Assembly (NCBI GenBank): GCA_964252075.1 | Contig: CAXULY010000001.1 | Coordinates: 247,787-311,786 of the forward strand | Source: an uncultured Deinococcaceae bacterium | GTDB lineage: Bacteria > Deinococcota > Deinococci > Deinococcales > Deinococcaceae | Length of the DNA: 64,000 nucleotides | Direction of reading: 5' to 3' | Shown: positions 50,830 to 64,000 of the stretch, piece after piece | How positions within the stretch are numbered: the first letter of the stretch is position 1 | Layout of the letters: each line of letters begins with the position of its first letter | Position numbers and translations under genes: made by a program | Notes under the pieces: generated by a model | What the model was told of the DNA's origin: nothing | What the model saw: only the letters and a program-made list of their open reading frames with translations | Database searches by the model: none

Positions 50830-51702
50830 GTGACGCAGACGACGCAACTGCTGGAAGGCAAGAAACTCGCGCGCGGCGTGACGGCGGGCGTGAAGGACGT
50901 CATCGCGGCGTGGAAGGCGGAGGCGCGCGACCCAAAGCCCCACCTGGTGTCCGTGATTGCGTCCGACGATCCCGCGACGCTCGTGTACGTGGAGCAGAAG
51001 GCGCGCCAGGCGGCGCGGCTGGGCATCGCGTTCACGGCGCGCGCGCTGGGCGCCGGGGTGGGGCAGCTGGAGCTGGAGGCGGTGCTGCGCGCGTGCTCCG
51101 CCGACCCGGAGGTGCACGGTGTGACGCTGGAACTGCCGCTCGCGCCGCACCTCGACGCGGACCGCGCGCTGCTGCACCTCGCGCCGGAGAAGGACGTGGA
51201 GGGCCTCACGCCCGCGAACCTCGCGCTGGTCGCGGCGGGCCGCGAGCCGGAGGCGCTGCTGCCCCCCACCCCGCGCAGCGTGCGCTTCCTGCTGCGCGAG
51301 GTGCTGAACCTGGAGGGCGCGCGCGTCGCGATCGTCGGTCCGGGGCGCACGGTGGGGCGCCCCCTCGCGTGGATGCTGAACAACCGGGGCGCCACCATCA
51401 CGCTGTGCAACCTGTTCACACGCGACCTGGAAGCGGTGCTGGAGCCGCAGGACGCCGTGGTGGTCGCGGTGGGCCGCGCGGGCCTCGTGAGCGCCGGGCA
51501 ACTGCGCCCGCATCACGTGGTGGTGGACGCGGGCATCAACGTGACGGACGCAGGCGTGGTGGGCGACGTGGCGCCCGAAGCGGAGGGCCTCGTGCGGGCG
51601 CTCACGCCCGTGCCGGGCGGCGTGGGGCCCCTCACGAGCGCCCTGATGTTCCAGAACCTCTTGCGCGCCATCAAGATCCAGCGCGGCGAACCGGTGGAAT
51701 GA
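50830..51702 (+). CDS. folD: Methylenetetrahydrofolate dehydrogenase/cyclohydrolase
   Basis: [24 protein letters not shown]. Confidence 0.9.
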   Translation: MTQTTQLLEGKKLARGVTAGVKDVIAAWKAEARDPKPHLVSVIASDDPATLVYVEQKARQAARLGIAFTARALGAGVGQLELEAVLRACSADPEVHGVTLELPLAPHLDADRALLHLAPEKDVEGLTPANLALVAAGREPEALLPPTPRSVRFLLREVLNLEGARVAIVGPGRTVGRPLAWMLNNRGATITLCNLFTRDLEAVLEPQDAVVVAVGRAGLVSAGQLRPHHVVVDAGINVTDAGVVGDVAPEAEGLVRALTPVPGGVGPLTSALMFQNLLRAIKIQRGEPVE

Positions 51703-51703
51703 A

Positions 51704-51731
51704 AGGGGGCGGCGTTTAGACGCCGCCCCCT
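51704..51731. terminator. Terminator hairpin between folD and msrA
   Basis: agggggcggcgt / acgccgccccct. Confidence 0.7.
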
Positions 51732-51746
51732 CCCCCATCCGTTTTT

Positions 51747-52283
51747 TCAGCTGGCGAGCAGGTGCGAGTACTGCTTGCGGAACTTCGCGACCTTCGGCGT
51801 GATGACCGCCATGCAGTACGGCTGCACGGGGTTGTTCGCGTAATAGTGCTGGTGGTAGTCCTCGGCGCGGTAGAAGGTGGTGGCGGGCTCCAGCGTCGTC
51901 ACGATGGGTCGGTCGAAGACCTGCGCGTCCGAGAGTTCCCGGATGGCGGCCTCCGCCTGCGCGCGCTGCTCGTCGCTGGCGTAGAACACCGCGCTGCGGT
52001 ACTGCGTGCCCACGTCGCCGCCCTGGCGGTTCAGGGTGGTGGGGTCGTGCGTCGCGAAAAACAGGCCCAGCAGGTCCTTGTAACTCAGCACGGCGGGGTC
52101 GTAGGTGATCTGCACGGCCTCCGCGTGCCCCGTATCGCCGCCGCACACCTGCCGGTACGTGGGGTTCTCCACGTGCCCGCCGATGTACCCGCTCACGACG
52201 CTCTGCACGCCGCGCACGTTCTCGAAGACCGCTTCGGTGCACCAGAAGCAGCCGCCCGCCACAATTGCCGTCTCAGTCGCCAT
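51747..52283 (-). CDS. msrA: Peptide-methionine (S)-S-oxide reductase
   Basis: GGCFWC, GHAE, GTQYRS, AEDYHQ. Confidence 0.96.
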   Translation of the reverse strand: MATETAIVAGGCFWCTEAVFENVRGVQSVVSGYIGGHVENPTYRQVCGGDTGHAEAVQITYDPAVLSYKDLLGLFFATHDPTTLNRQGGDVGTQYRSAVFYASDEQRAQAEAAIRELSDAQVFDRPIVTTLEPATTFYRAEDYHQHYYANNPVQPYCMAVITPKVAKFRKQYSHLLAS

Positions 52284-52443
52284 GCAACCAGTATCCGCTC
52301 ATCCAGCGCGCCTCACCGGATGGCTGTGCACGATGCCGCGCCGAACCACGACATCTGCGCTTCCCTTGTGGCGCTCGCTGCGCCTTCCCCATGCCCTCAG
52401 CATCCAGTGCGGTCCGCACGCGGTGCATTCCCCGTCACGGCAG

Positions 52444-53202
52444 TCAGTGCACGAACACCAGGCGCGCCGTGACGAGCAGCACCACCGCGCCGTACACGAG
52501 GCGCACGAAGGCGCTGCCGCGCAGGATCGCCATGTGCGAGCCCAGGTACGCGCCCGCGGCGTTCGCGAGGCCCATGGGGAGGCCGATCCACCACACCATC
52601 GCGCCGCTCGCGAGGAAGTACGCGAAGGCGCCGATGTTCGTGGTGAAGTTGATGACGCGCGCGTTGCCGCTGCCGCGCACGAAATCCAGGTGCAGGAACT
52701 GCACGAACACGAACATCAGGAAGGTGCCCGTGCCGGGGCCGAAGAAGCCGTCGTACATGCCGATCACGAGCGCGGCGGGCAGCGCGATGGCGAGCGTGCG
52801 GACGCTGAGGCCCGCGTAGCGCCCCTCCCGGCCCAGCCGGCGGTTGAACACCACGAGCGCGCCGACCAGCAGGATGAGCGCCGCGATGATGAACTTGAAG
52901 GCCGCCTCGTTCGTGAACCCCAGCACGAGGCGCGCGCCGACGGCACTGCCGATCAGCGCGAGGGGCGCCATGCGCCAGATCAGTGCCCGGTCCACGTGGC
53001 CGCGCCGCCAGTACTGCATGCTGGCGCTCGCGCTGCCGAAAATCGCGATGAGTTTGTTCGTGGCGACCGTCTGCCCCGGCGAGAGGCCCATGAAGAACAA
53101 CGTGGGGAGCGTGATGGTGCCGCCGCCACCCGCGACGGCGTCCACGAAGCCAGCCAGGAAGGCGAGGGGAATGCCGTAGAGCAGCACGTCGGGACCGGGC
53201 AC
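52444..53202 (-). CDS. TauE/SafE-family membrane exporter
   Basis: [32 protein letters not shown] lies 7 nt before GTG 53202. Confidence 0.9.
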   Translation of the reverse strand: MPGPDVLLYGIPLAFLAGFVDAVAGGGGTITLPTLFFMGLSPGQTVATNKLIAIFGSASASMQYWRRGHVDRALIWRMAPLALIGSAVGARLVLGFTNEAAFKFIIAALILLVGALVVFNRRLGREGRYAGLSVRTLAIALPAALVIGMYDGFFGPGTGTFLMFVFVQFLHLDFVRGSGNARVINFTTNIGAFAYFLASGAMVWWIGLPMGLANAAGAYLGSHMAILRGSAFVRLVYGAVVLLVTARLVFVH

Positions 53203-53422
53203 GCAGGAAAAGCTAGCACACTGACCCGCCCGCTCTTGAAGTGCGTTCAGGGGCACGCCGCCATCATTCGACCCACTTAGGCGGTATCGGCCTGATGCTG
53301 ACCTTGGGCTCAAGGCGGCCCATCAGGGACGGCTACTCGCACTGCGACAGGAGCTTCCGCTCCCTGCGGGGACTGGCGCCTCCCTCGCAGTGCCCGCGCG
53401 TGCGCTGCTCTAGGCTCGGCGC

Positions 53423-53869
53423 ATGACCAAACTGGAGAAACCCACGGACGCACAACTGCGCGAACGCCTGACGCCCGAGCAGTACCGCGTGACGCAGCAC
53501 AGCGGCACCGAGCGGCCCTTCACGGGCGAGTACTGGGACCACTGGGGGGACGGCATCTACGTGGATGTGGTGTCCGGCGAGCCGCTGTTCAGCAGCCGCG
53601 ACAAGTTCGACGCGGGCTGCGGCTGGCCGAGCTTCGCGAAGCCGCTGGAGCCCGCGAACGTCGCGGAGTTGCGCGACACCACGCACGGCATGGTGCGCAC
53701 GGAGGTGCGCTCGCAGGGCGCCGACTCGCACCTCGGGCACGTATTCAACGACGGCCCGCGCGAGCTGGGCGGCCTGCGGTACTGCATGAACTCCGCGTCC
53801 ATGCGGTTCGTGCCGGTGGAGAAACTGGACGAAGAGGGGTACGGGCAGTACAGGCGGCTGTTCGAGTAA
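53423..53869 (+). CDS. msrB: Peptide-methionine (R)-S-oxide reductase
   Basis: GTERPF, GCGWPSF, HLGHVF.DGP, RYCMNS. Confidence 0.96.
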   Translation: MTKLEKPTDAQLRERLTPEQYRVTQHSGTERPFTGEYWDHWGDGIYVDVVSGEPLFSSRDKFDAGCGWPSFAKPLEPANVAELRDTTHGMVRTEVRSQGADSHLGHVFNDGPRELGGLRYCMNSASMRFVPVEKLDEEGYGQYRRLFE

Positions 53870-53878
53870 GCGCATGGC

Positions 53879-53914
53879 GATGGGGGCGGGACCGTGACTG
53901 GTCCCGCCCCCGTC
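53879..53914. terminator. Hairpin between convergent msrB and glgC
   Basis: gggggcgggacc / ggtcccgccccc. Confidence 0.7.
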
Positions 53915-53922
53915 GTGTGCTT

Positions 53923-55161
53923 CTAGAAGGTGTAGCTCTTGGGGACCACCACGATGCCACTCTCCGTGACGGTGAAGCCGCGCGCGCGGTCCTCCTCGAC
54001 GTCCTCGCCGATGTGCGTGCCCGGCGGAATCGTGACGTCCTTGTCGATGATGGCGTTCTTCACGTGCGAGTGCCGCCCGATCTCCACGTTGTCGAACACC
54101 ACGCTGCTCTCCACGAGGGTGTAGGAGTGCGCGCGCACCGCGCGGCCCAGCACGCTGTCCCGCACGGTGCCGCCACTGATGATGGTGCCGCCCGCCATGA
54201 TGCTGTTGAAGGCCTGCCCGCGGCGCTCGGCGGCCTCGTGCACGAACTTCGTGGGGGGGCTGAACTCGCTGCTGGTGCGCAGCGGCCACTGGTGGTTGTA
54301 CAGGTCGAATTCGGGCGTCACGGAGATCAGGTCCATGTTCGCCTCGTAGTACGCGTCGAGCGTCCCCACGTCCCGCCAGTATGTGTTGGGGCCGTCCTGA
54401 CCGGGAATGGGGTTGGAGTGGAAGTCGTAGGCCTGCACCTGGTAGCCGTCGCGCAGCGCGCGCGGAATCACGTCGCTGCCGAAATCGAAGCCGCCCGTGT
54501 CGCCCTGGATGCTGGTGTGCAGCAGTTCCTCCAGCGCGCGGCGCGAGAAGATGTAGTTGCCCATGCTGGTCAGCACCGTCTCGGGGTTGCCGGGCAGGGT
54601 GCTGGGGTCGGGTTTCTCCAGGAACTCCGTGACCTTCCCGCGGTGGTCGACGTTCATGACGCCGAAGCGCTTGGAGTCCACGGCAGGCATGGGGTATGAC
54701 GCGATGGTCACGTCCGCGCGGGCGTCGCGGTGCGCCTGCAGCATGTGCTCGACGTTCATCTTGTAGATGTGGTCGCCGGAGAAGATGCAGATGTAATCCG
54801 CGCCGAAGTTGTCGATGAGGTGCATGTTCTGGTACACGGCGTCGGCGGTACCGCGGTACCACACGGGCCCGAGTTCCTCCATGCGGTACATCTGGGCGGG
54901 CACCAGGGTGATGAAGTAATCGCTGAGGAACGTGCCGAAGCGCCAGCCGCGCTGGATGTGCTCGGTGAGGCTCTGCGCTTTGAACTGCGTCAGCACGTAG
55001 ATGCTGAACATGCCGCTGTTGATGAAGTTGTTGATGGCGAAATCGATGATGCGGTACTTGCTGCCGAAGGGCACGGCGGGTTTGGAGCGCTTGAGGGTCA
55101 GGGGGCTCAGGCGGGTGCCCTGCCCACCGGCCAGAATCATGCCCAGGACGCGAGTATTCAC
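53923..55161 (-). CDS. glgC: Glucose-1-phosphate adenylyltransferase
   Basis: [36 protein letters not shown]. Confidence 0.96.
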   Translation of the reverse strand: MNTRVLGMILAGGQGTRLSPLTLKRSKPAVPFGSKYRIIDFAINNFINSGMFSIYVLTQFKAQSLTEHIQRGWRFGTFLSDYFITLVPAQMYRMEELGPVWYRGTADAVYQNMHLIDNFGADYICIFSGDHIYKMNVEHMLQAHRDARADVTIASYPMPAVDSKRFGVMNVDHRGKVTEFLEKPDPSTLPGNPETVLTSMGNYIFSRRALEELLHTSIQGDTGGFDFGSDVIPRALRDGYQVQAYDFHSNPIPGQDGPNTYWRDVGTLDAYYEANMDLISVTPEFDLYNHQWPLRTSSEFSPPTKFVHEAAERRGQAFNSIMAGGTIISGGTVRDSVLGRAVRAHSYTLVESSVVFDNVEIGRHSHVKNAIIDKDVTIPPGTHIGEDVEEDRARGFTVTESGIVVVPKSYTF

Positions 55162-55339
55162 GAAGATGTCCTCCTTGAGTGCCAGTGTACACACGCCCCA
55201 TGTCGGCGCGGTGACGCCCGGTGAACGCAGCCCGGGGCGCGGGCGGCGGGGTCAGGGGGGCTTTTCGCGCGCCAGAGGGACTCCGCCCGTCCAGGGGTGC
55301 GCGCGTGGGTCCTGAGTTTTAATGAGCGCATAAGGACCC

Positions 55340-56628
<1,289 letters not shown>

Positions 56629-56629
<1 letters not shown>

Positions 56630-57699
56630 CAGGCGGGGCCAGCCCGTTCGGGCGCGGCGCCCGGCAGGAGCGCCAGCCCCTCCAGGTACCGGTGCGCCTC
56701 CACCTGCTGCACGGCCCGGACCTGCGCCAGCTCAGAGCGCGCCTGAGCGGTCTGCGGCGGGTGGCCTGCGGCCTCAGCGGCGCGCAGGGCCTCGGCGCGC
56801 GCGCGGGCCATTCCGTCCAGTTCGTCGTGCGCGGCGGCGTGACGCCGCAGGGCCTCCAGGCGCGCCCGCTGCTCGGCGGCCAGCCCGGACAGCACCTTCC
56901 GGTACGCGGCGCTCGCCTGTGCCGACACGGCGCGCGCGTCCGGGCCGGGCTGCTGGGCCAGCAACAGTTCGGCGCGCTGCACGTCCTGCCGCGCCAGGAG
57001 CGCCGCCTGCCCATCCCGCTCCCCCGTGAGTTCCGGCAGGGTGCGGCGCGCGGGGGGGTGCGGCGCGAGGCCCAGCGCGCCCAGCTGCTGCAGCACGCCC
57101 TCCACCTCCTGCACCTCCGCGCGGATGAGCGCCTGATGGTCCAGCGCGACCGCGTGCGCCAGCGCGGCGCGCAGGGCGTCCCGCCGCAGCACCGCGAGGT
57201 GGTACTCGGCGGCCACTTCCGCCACGGCATGCTCGGCGCGCAGGCGGCGCAGTTCGCGCTCGGCGCGCTGGCGTTCGGCGTCCGCGGCGGTCACCTCGGC
57301 GGTGTGGCGCGCCAGCAGCCGCGCGTCCTCGGGCGCGCGCGGGTCGCGCTCCAGGCGGGCGCAGGCCGCCGCCTGCGCGCGGATGACTGCGAAGCGCAGC
57401 GTGACGTCCTCCGCGGCGGTGTGTGGGCTGGGCGGCGGGGGCGCCGTCACCCGTCCGGTCGCGCCCACTGCCCCCGCGTGCAGGTCGCGGGCGGCGCGCT
57501 CCAGCCAGGCTTCGGCCACCTCCGCCGGCAGTTCCTGCGCGAGGCGCGGCCACACGTCACGCAAGGCCACCAGCGCCTGCTCGGCGCTGAGGTCCTCGGG
57601 GAAGCCGCGGTGGCGGAGGGCCTCCCCCACCGCCTGCCGGGCCGCGTGCGCGGGCAGCACCTCTGCGGCGCGCGCGCGCAGCCACCCCGCGAGGCTCAA
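56629..57699 (-). CDS. Hypothetical alpha-helical protein
   Basis: Fills the gap between trmH-like and arsB with overlapping start/stop. TTG start 57699 inferred. Confidence 0.6.
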
Positions 57700-58493
57700 G
57701 CGCCGACCCGCGCGCGCTGACGCAGGGCCTCGTACAGCACCAGCGCGCCCGCCGTCGCGACGTTCAGGCTGTCCGCCTCGCCGCGCATGGGGATGGACAC
57801 CCGCACGTCCGCCGCCGCGCGCCACCCGGGCGGCAGGCCCTCATGTTCGGTGCCCAGGCACAGGGCGAGCGGCCCGGAGAGGTCCGCATCCCAGTACGTG
57901 CCGCTCGCCTCGGGCGTGCACGCAACCAGCGTGAGGCCCTGCTCGCGCAGCCACGCGCGCGCCGCGTCCTCGTCCAGCGTGAAGACAGGCAGGGTGAACA
58001 CGCTGCCCTGACTCGCGCGGATCACGTTCGGGTTCACGAGGTCCGTGCCGCCCCCCGCGACCAGCACCGCGTCGACGCCCACGCCGTCCGCCGTGCGCAG
58101 CAGCGCGCCCAGGTTGCCGGGCTTCTCCAGGCCCAGCAGCACCAGCACCAGCGCACCAGCCCGCAGGGTGGGCGGCGCGCGGCGCGGCACCTCCGCGAGC
58201 CCGATCAGGCCGTCGCCGTTCTCGCGGTGGCTGAGCTTCTCGAAGGCCGAGCGGGCGAGGCGCACGCGCTCGCCCGGCAGGCGGGCCTCCACCGCGCGCG
58301 CCTCGGGGCTGAAGAGCTCCGGGCAGGTGTACACGGCGCGCAGCGCCACGCCCCCGCGGTCCGCGCGCGCGAGTTCCCGCGCGCCCTCCACCAGAAAAAG
58401 CCCCTCGCGTTCCCGCGCGCGGCGGTCCTTGAGGAGCGCCAGGCGCTTGAGTTCCGGGTTCTGCAGCGACACGATTTCCCGCACGCCCCCCAT
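57696..58493 (-). CDS. TrmH/SpoU-family RNA methyltransferase
   Basis: [32 protein letters not shown]. Confidence 0.92.
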   Translation of the reverse strand: MGGVREIVSLQNPELKRLALLKDRRAREREGLFLVEGARELARADRGGVALRAVYTCPELFSPEARAVEARLPGERVRLARSAFEKLSHRENGDGLIGLAEVPRRAPPTLRAGALVLVLLGLEKPGNLGALLRTADGVGVDAVLVAGGGTDLVNPNVIRASQGSVFTLPVFTLDEDAARAWLREQGLTLVACTPEASGTYWDADLSGPLALCLGTEHEGLPPGWRAAADVRVSIPMRGEADSLNVATAGALVLYEALRQRARVGA

Positions 58494-58573
58494 TCAAGCA
58501 CAGGGCCCACGGGCGCGCCGCGTCTGCTGCCGACCTCGCAATCGCAGGGCGCGGGGGCGCTTATGCTCCGGCC

Positions 58574-59194
58574 ATGCGCATTGGGATCATCGGAGCGGGA
58601 CACATTGGGAGTGCGCTCGCGCAGGACTTCATCCGCGCGGGTCACGAGGTCGCCATCGCCAACTCGCGCGGGCCGGACACCCTCAAAGACCTCGTGGAGC
58701 GCCTGGGCCCGCAGGCGCGCGCGGTGACCGCCGAGGAGGCCGCCACCTTCGGCGAGGTGGTCGTGGAGACCATTCCCTTCGGGAAGGTGCCGGACCTCGC
58801 GCGGCTGCCCCTCCAGGGCAAGATCGTGATTGACACCGCCAACTACTACCCGCAGCGGGACGGCGACATTGACTTGGGCGGGCCGTCGCAGGGCAGCTGG
58901 GTGGCGCGGCAGCTGCCGGGCGTGCGGGTCGTGAAGGCCTTCAACGCCATCGCCGCCGCGGACCTCGCGGGTGAGGGCGACGTGGGCAAGGCCATGGAGG
59001 ATCGGCGCGCCATCTTCGTGGCGAGCGACGACGAGGACGCCAAGCAGACCGTCATGCGGCTCATTGAGGAGATCGGCTTCGCGCCCATGGACACCGGCAC
59101 CCTGGAGGACAGCACCATCCACCAGACGGACGGCGCGCTGTACGGCAAGAAACTCACGGAGCGGCAGGCGCGCGACGCGGTCGAACCCACCTGA
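58574..59194 (+). CDS. NADPH-dependent F420 reductase-family oxidoreductase
   Basis: IGAGHIG, ANSRGP, IDTANYYP.RDG, VKAFN. Confidence 0.88.
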   Translation: MRIGIIGAGHIGSALAQDFIRAGHEVAIANSRGPDTLKDLVERLGPQARAVTAEEAATFGEVVVETIPFGKVPDLARLPLQGKIVIDTANYYPQRDGDIDLGGPSQGSWVARQLPGVRVVKAFNAIAAADLAGEGDVGKAMEDRRAIFVASDDEDAKQTVMRLIEEIGFAPMDTGTLEDSTIHQTDGALYGKKLTERQARDAVEPT

Positions 59195-59204
59195 GCCCAT
59201 ACGA

Positions 59205-59235
59205 GGAAGGGCCCGCCCTTTGGGCGGGCCCTTCC
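59205..59235. terminator. Hairpin between convergent genes
   Basis: ggaagggcccgccc / gggcgggcccttcc. Confidence 0.72.
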
Positions 59236-59248
59236 CTGTTCGCTAGGG

Positions 59249-60289
59249 TCAGAGTTCGAAGTCGCTGGGTTTTTTCCCGAACTTGTCCTGCAGGAAGCGC
59301 TGGTGCGCCAGCATCTCCTGACTGCCCGCCTGCGCGGCGTCCACCATCACGTCCCGCACCGCGTCCAGCAGCAGGTCCAGCTGCTCGTTCAGCAGGTCAC
59401 GTCCGGTCTTGCCGTCCTGCAGCGGTGTGACGCCCGCCAGCGACGGCGGGAGCTTCAGGTACGCCTGCACCGCCTCCGGCGCGTAATCCGTCATGATCTG
59501 GCGCAGCAGGAACCCGGGCTCCGCGCCGTCCAGATCGCGGTCCTTGAGGTACGCCTGCGCCTCGCGGGCGCGCAGGTTCAGGGCGGCGAGCCGCGCGCGC
59601 GCGTCCCCCGGCAGGCGCGGGTCACCGGCCAGGGCCTCCAGGTCACCGGACGGCGCCTTCTGCAGGGAGACGGGTGGCTCGGGCGGCGCCTGCAGCGGCG
59701 TGCGCGGCGCCCCCGCGCCCAGGTTCGCGGGCGGGAGCATGCCCTTGCGCTCCAGCTTGCGCTGCAGGCGCGCCACGCGCTTCCCGGCCTTCCGCTCGTA
59801 CCGCGCCTGAATGCGTTCCTGCATGGCGCCCAGGTCGAAGGCCTCGCCGGAGCCCTGGGCGGGCAGCGCCGCCGCGGTGCGCGGCACCTGCTGCACGCTG
59901 GGCCGCGCGCCCGGCGTGCGGAACAGGTCGCCGCTGAACAGCACCGTCGCGAGCCACGCGATGCCCAGCCCCACGATGGGGAACACCGCCCACGTCGCGC
60001 CGAGCGCCGAGAAGAGCGACAGCGCCAGCAGCGCGAACACCACCGTCACCCACTCGCGCCGCCACGCGTGGAAGATGTTCGCGGCGAGCACCGCGATGCA
60101 CAGCGCCGCCGCCGGGTGCACCAGCCAGTCCGCGCCCAGCCAGCTGAGCAGCACCAGCGCCAGCACCCCGGCCAGCACCGGCGGCCAGTGCTGGCGGCGG
60201 TGCGTGAAGACCACCGAGGCGAGGAACGCCAGCGTCAGGGCGCCCAGGGGGTGCACCACCCAGGCCAGGGAATCCAGGAGATCAGGCAC
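59249..60289 (-). CDS. Hypothetical membrane protein with soluble helical C-terminal domain
   Basis: About 5 N-terminal TM segments; C-terminal TDYAPEAVQAYL...LLNEQLDLL...RFLQDKF. Confidence 0.75.
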   Translation of the reverse strand: MPDLLDSLAWVVHPLGALTLAFLASVVFTHRRQHWPPVLAGVLALVLLSWLGADWLVHPAAALCIAVLAANIFHAWRREWVTVVFALLALSLFSALGATWAVFPIVGLGIAWLATVLFSGDLFRTPGARPSVQQVPRTAAALPAQGSGEAFDLGAMQERIQARYERKAGKRVARLQRKLERKGMLPPANLGAGAPRTPLQAPPEPPVSLQKAPSGDLEALAGDPRLPGDARARLAALNLRAREAQAYLKDRDLDGAEPGFLLRQIMTDYAPEAVQAYLKLPPSLAGVTPLQDGKTGRDLLNEQLDLLLDAVRDVMVDAAQAGSQEMLAHQRFLQDKFGKKPSDFEL

Positions 60290-60454
60290 CGGGAACCTCG
60301 CAGCGCGACAAGGAAGGGGTGAGGGAACGAAGCATGAATGACCATAGCCTACCCCTCGCGGGCCGCCGGGTGAATTGACAGGTGTCAGGTCTAGGCCAGG
60401 TGGCGCAGTGAACGGCCGGGCGGAAACGCCAGGGGGGCGCGGCGGGCAAGACGA

Positions 60455-60480
60455 AGGGGCGCCCCGATCAGGGCGCCCCT
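60455..60480 (-). terminator. typA terminator hairpin
   Basis: aggggcgccc / gggcgcccct just past the typA stop. Confidence 0.6.
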
Positions 60481-60496
60481 GTGTTCTGAACTTCGG

Positions 60497-62278
<1,782 letters not shown>

Positions 62279-62393
62279 ACGTTCCTCTTCCCTGCCCCGG
62301 GGGGCGTGTGCTGGCAATCAAAAGCCCGCCTCACGGGGCGGGCACCCAAACAGACATTGTAACTCATGAGGTCACCTGCGGGTCAGATAAAGG

Positions 62394-63340
62394 TCACGGT
62401 CTGGCGAGCGACAGGAAGTCCCAGCCGCCAATGTCAATCCGGCCCGCGCGTCGTGCGACCTGAAGGGCGCCCTGGTTCCCAGCGGCGATGGTGCCGACCA
62501 GCATGCGCTGGGGTTCGGGCAGGTGCCGGGCCAGCAGGGTGGTGAGGGCCTGCCCGTACGCCCGCCCGCGCGCCTGGGGGGTCAGGAGGAGTTCCTGCAC
62601 GCTGTAGGCGCTGAGGCCCAGCTTGGGTTTGGCGAGCGCGCCCACATACCCCACCCAGCTGCCGTGCAGGCGCACGTCGAACATGGTGCCCGCCTGAATG
62701 CACGCCTGAAGGTCCTCCTCGCTCAGCAGACCGGCCTGCGCGGCGTGGTGCGGGTGCTGCTGGTCCACGGCGGCGTAGGCCGCCTGTGCCGCTGCGTACT
62801 GACCCAGGTCCGTGGTGGGGGTTAGGGTCAGCTCGGGCGGCACCGGGGCGAGGCGCAGGTCCTGAATGGGGGCCGCGAGCGCGCGCTTGTCCGGCATGAG
62901 CTTCGGCGTCCCCTGCGGCGTCTGGGCGCTCCACAGGCGCAGGTGCAGGGGCCGGAAGGCGCCGTAGGTGTCCTGCGCCGCCTCCACCAGCGCGATCAGG
63001 TCGCCCGCCGTCCAGGTGCGACTGGTCAGCGCCTCCACGAAGGGCTGCTGGCGGTCCAGGCCCTTGAAGCGGATGCTGAGCATGGCGCCCAGGTCGGGGC
63101 GCACCGACACCCAGCGGTTCAGAATGCGTGGGGGGGCTGGCCCACGTCCATGAAGGCGGCCCGCCGCGCGGCGAGGTCGAGGTCCGTGGCGAGCTGCACG
63201 TCGAAGGCATGCTCCTGGGCGAGGTTCGCGAGGCGAGCGTGGTCGTCCTGCCAGGTGCGCGTCAGGGGGTGCTGCTGCTCCAGGGTCATGCACGCGAGGT
63301 CGCGGGCGCTGGGGAGGTCGGGCGTCATGGGCGTCATCAT
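62394..63340 (-). pseudogene. Frameshifted hypothetical gene (C-terminal part GNAT-like)
   Basis: ORF 63340-63119 and the protein-like 3' part of ORF ending 62394 join by one extra base near the C7 run at 63130-63136. Confidence 0.6.
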
Positions 63341-63431
63341 GCGCGCCGTTTGGGGGGTGGGCGTTCATGCGGCCCTGTGGCCTCTCATGCCAGAACTTTC
63401 CTCATCTCACCTTGCTATGGTGGGCGGCATC

Positions 63432-64000
63432 GTGAGCCTGGTTTTTCAGTGGGGCGAGCTGCTGCCGCGCACCAGCAGCAGCCGGACCGGTGGCGTGCTG
63501 CGCGCCGCGCCCGAAGATTTCCGCGTCGATGAGCTTCCCACGTACCTGCCCGCGGGCAGCGGCGATCACCTGTACCTGCACCTGGAAAAGACCGGGCACA
63601 CCACCGCGCACGTGCTGCGCGAGCTGTCCCGGCAGCTGGGCGTGCGGGACCGCGACATTGGCGTCGCAGGCCTGAAGGACCGCCACGCCGTCACCACGCA
63701 GTGGTTGAGCGTGCCCACGAAGTACGAGGGGGCGCTTTCAACCTTCGCGCTGGACGGGGTACGGATTCTGGACACCGCGCGGCACGGCAACAAGCTCGGC
63801 ATGGGTCACCTGCGGGGGAACCGCTTCACGGTGCGCGTGCGGGGCGCGGAGGGCGGCGCAGCGCAGGCGCGCGCGACCCTGGAGGCGCTCGCGCAGGAGG
63901 GCGTGCCGAATTACTTCGGGCCGCAGCGCTTCGGGCTGGAGGGCCTGAACGCCGAGGAGGGCCTGCGCGTGATGCGCGGCGAGTCGCGCCTGCGCGACCC
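63432..64000 (+). CDS. truD: tRNA pseudouridine(13) synthase, N-terminal part (runs off window end)
   Basis: Manual translation gives [39 protein letters not shown]. Confidence 0.93.
   Translation, partial: MSLVFQWGELLPRTSSSRTGGVLRAAPEDFRVDELPTYLPAGSGDHLYLHLEKTGHTTAHVLRELSRQLGVRDRDIGVAGLKDRHAVTTQWLSVPTKYEGALSTFALDGVRILDTARHGNKLGMGHLRGNRFTVRVRGAEGGAAQARATLEALAQEGVPNYFGPQRFGLEGLNAEEGLRVMRGESRLRD

Overview
High-GC chromosomal segment, most likely from a Deinococcus or close relative. This rests on the Deinococcus-type peptide deformylase, the rpsB-tsf-pyrH-frr-cdsA-dxr-rseP block, and many TANNNT boxes 6-7 nt before start codons (leaderless genes). It is mostly housekeeping genes: tilS, bcp, RlmI-type methyltransferase, def, rsmE, prmA, proC, coaE, pyrG, tsaB, xth, purH-folD with a ZTP riboswitch, msrA/B, glgC, typA and truD. 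Accessory or poorly characterised modules are: (i) a secreted Ig/cohesin-like lipoprotein + unknown protein + dockerin protein operon; (ii) a four-gene minor type IV pilin cassette; (iii) a MoxR-like AAA+ ATPase / HEXXH-VWA / helical-repeat three-gene operon; (iv) an XRE-HTH gene coupled to a motif-variant deformylase. The most notable non-coding signal is the pyrG leader, which looks like a CTP-sensing start-site switch that controls an intrinsic terminator. No rRNA, tRNA, CRISPR array or intact transposase was seen. All calls are by eye from motifs; no searches were run.
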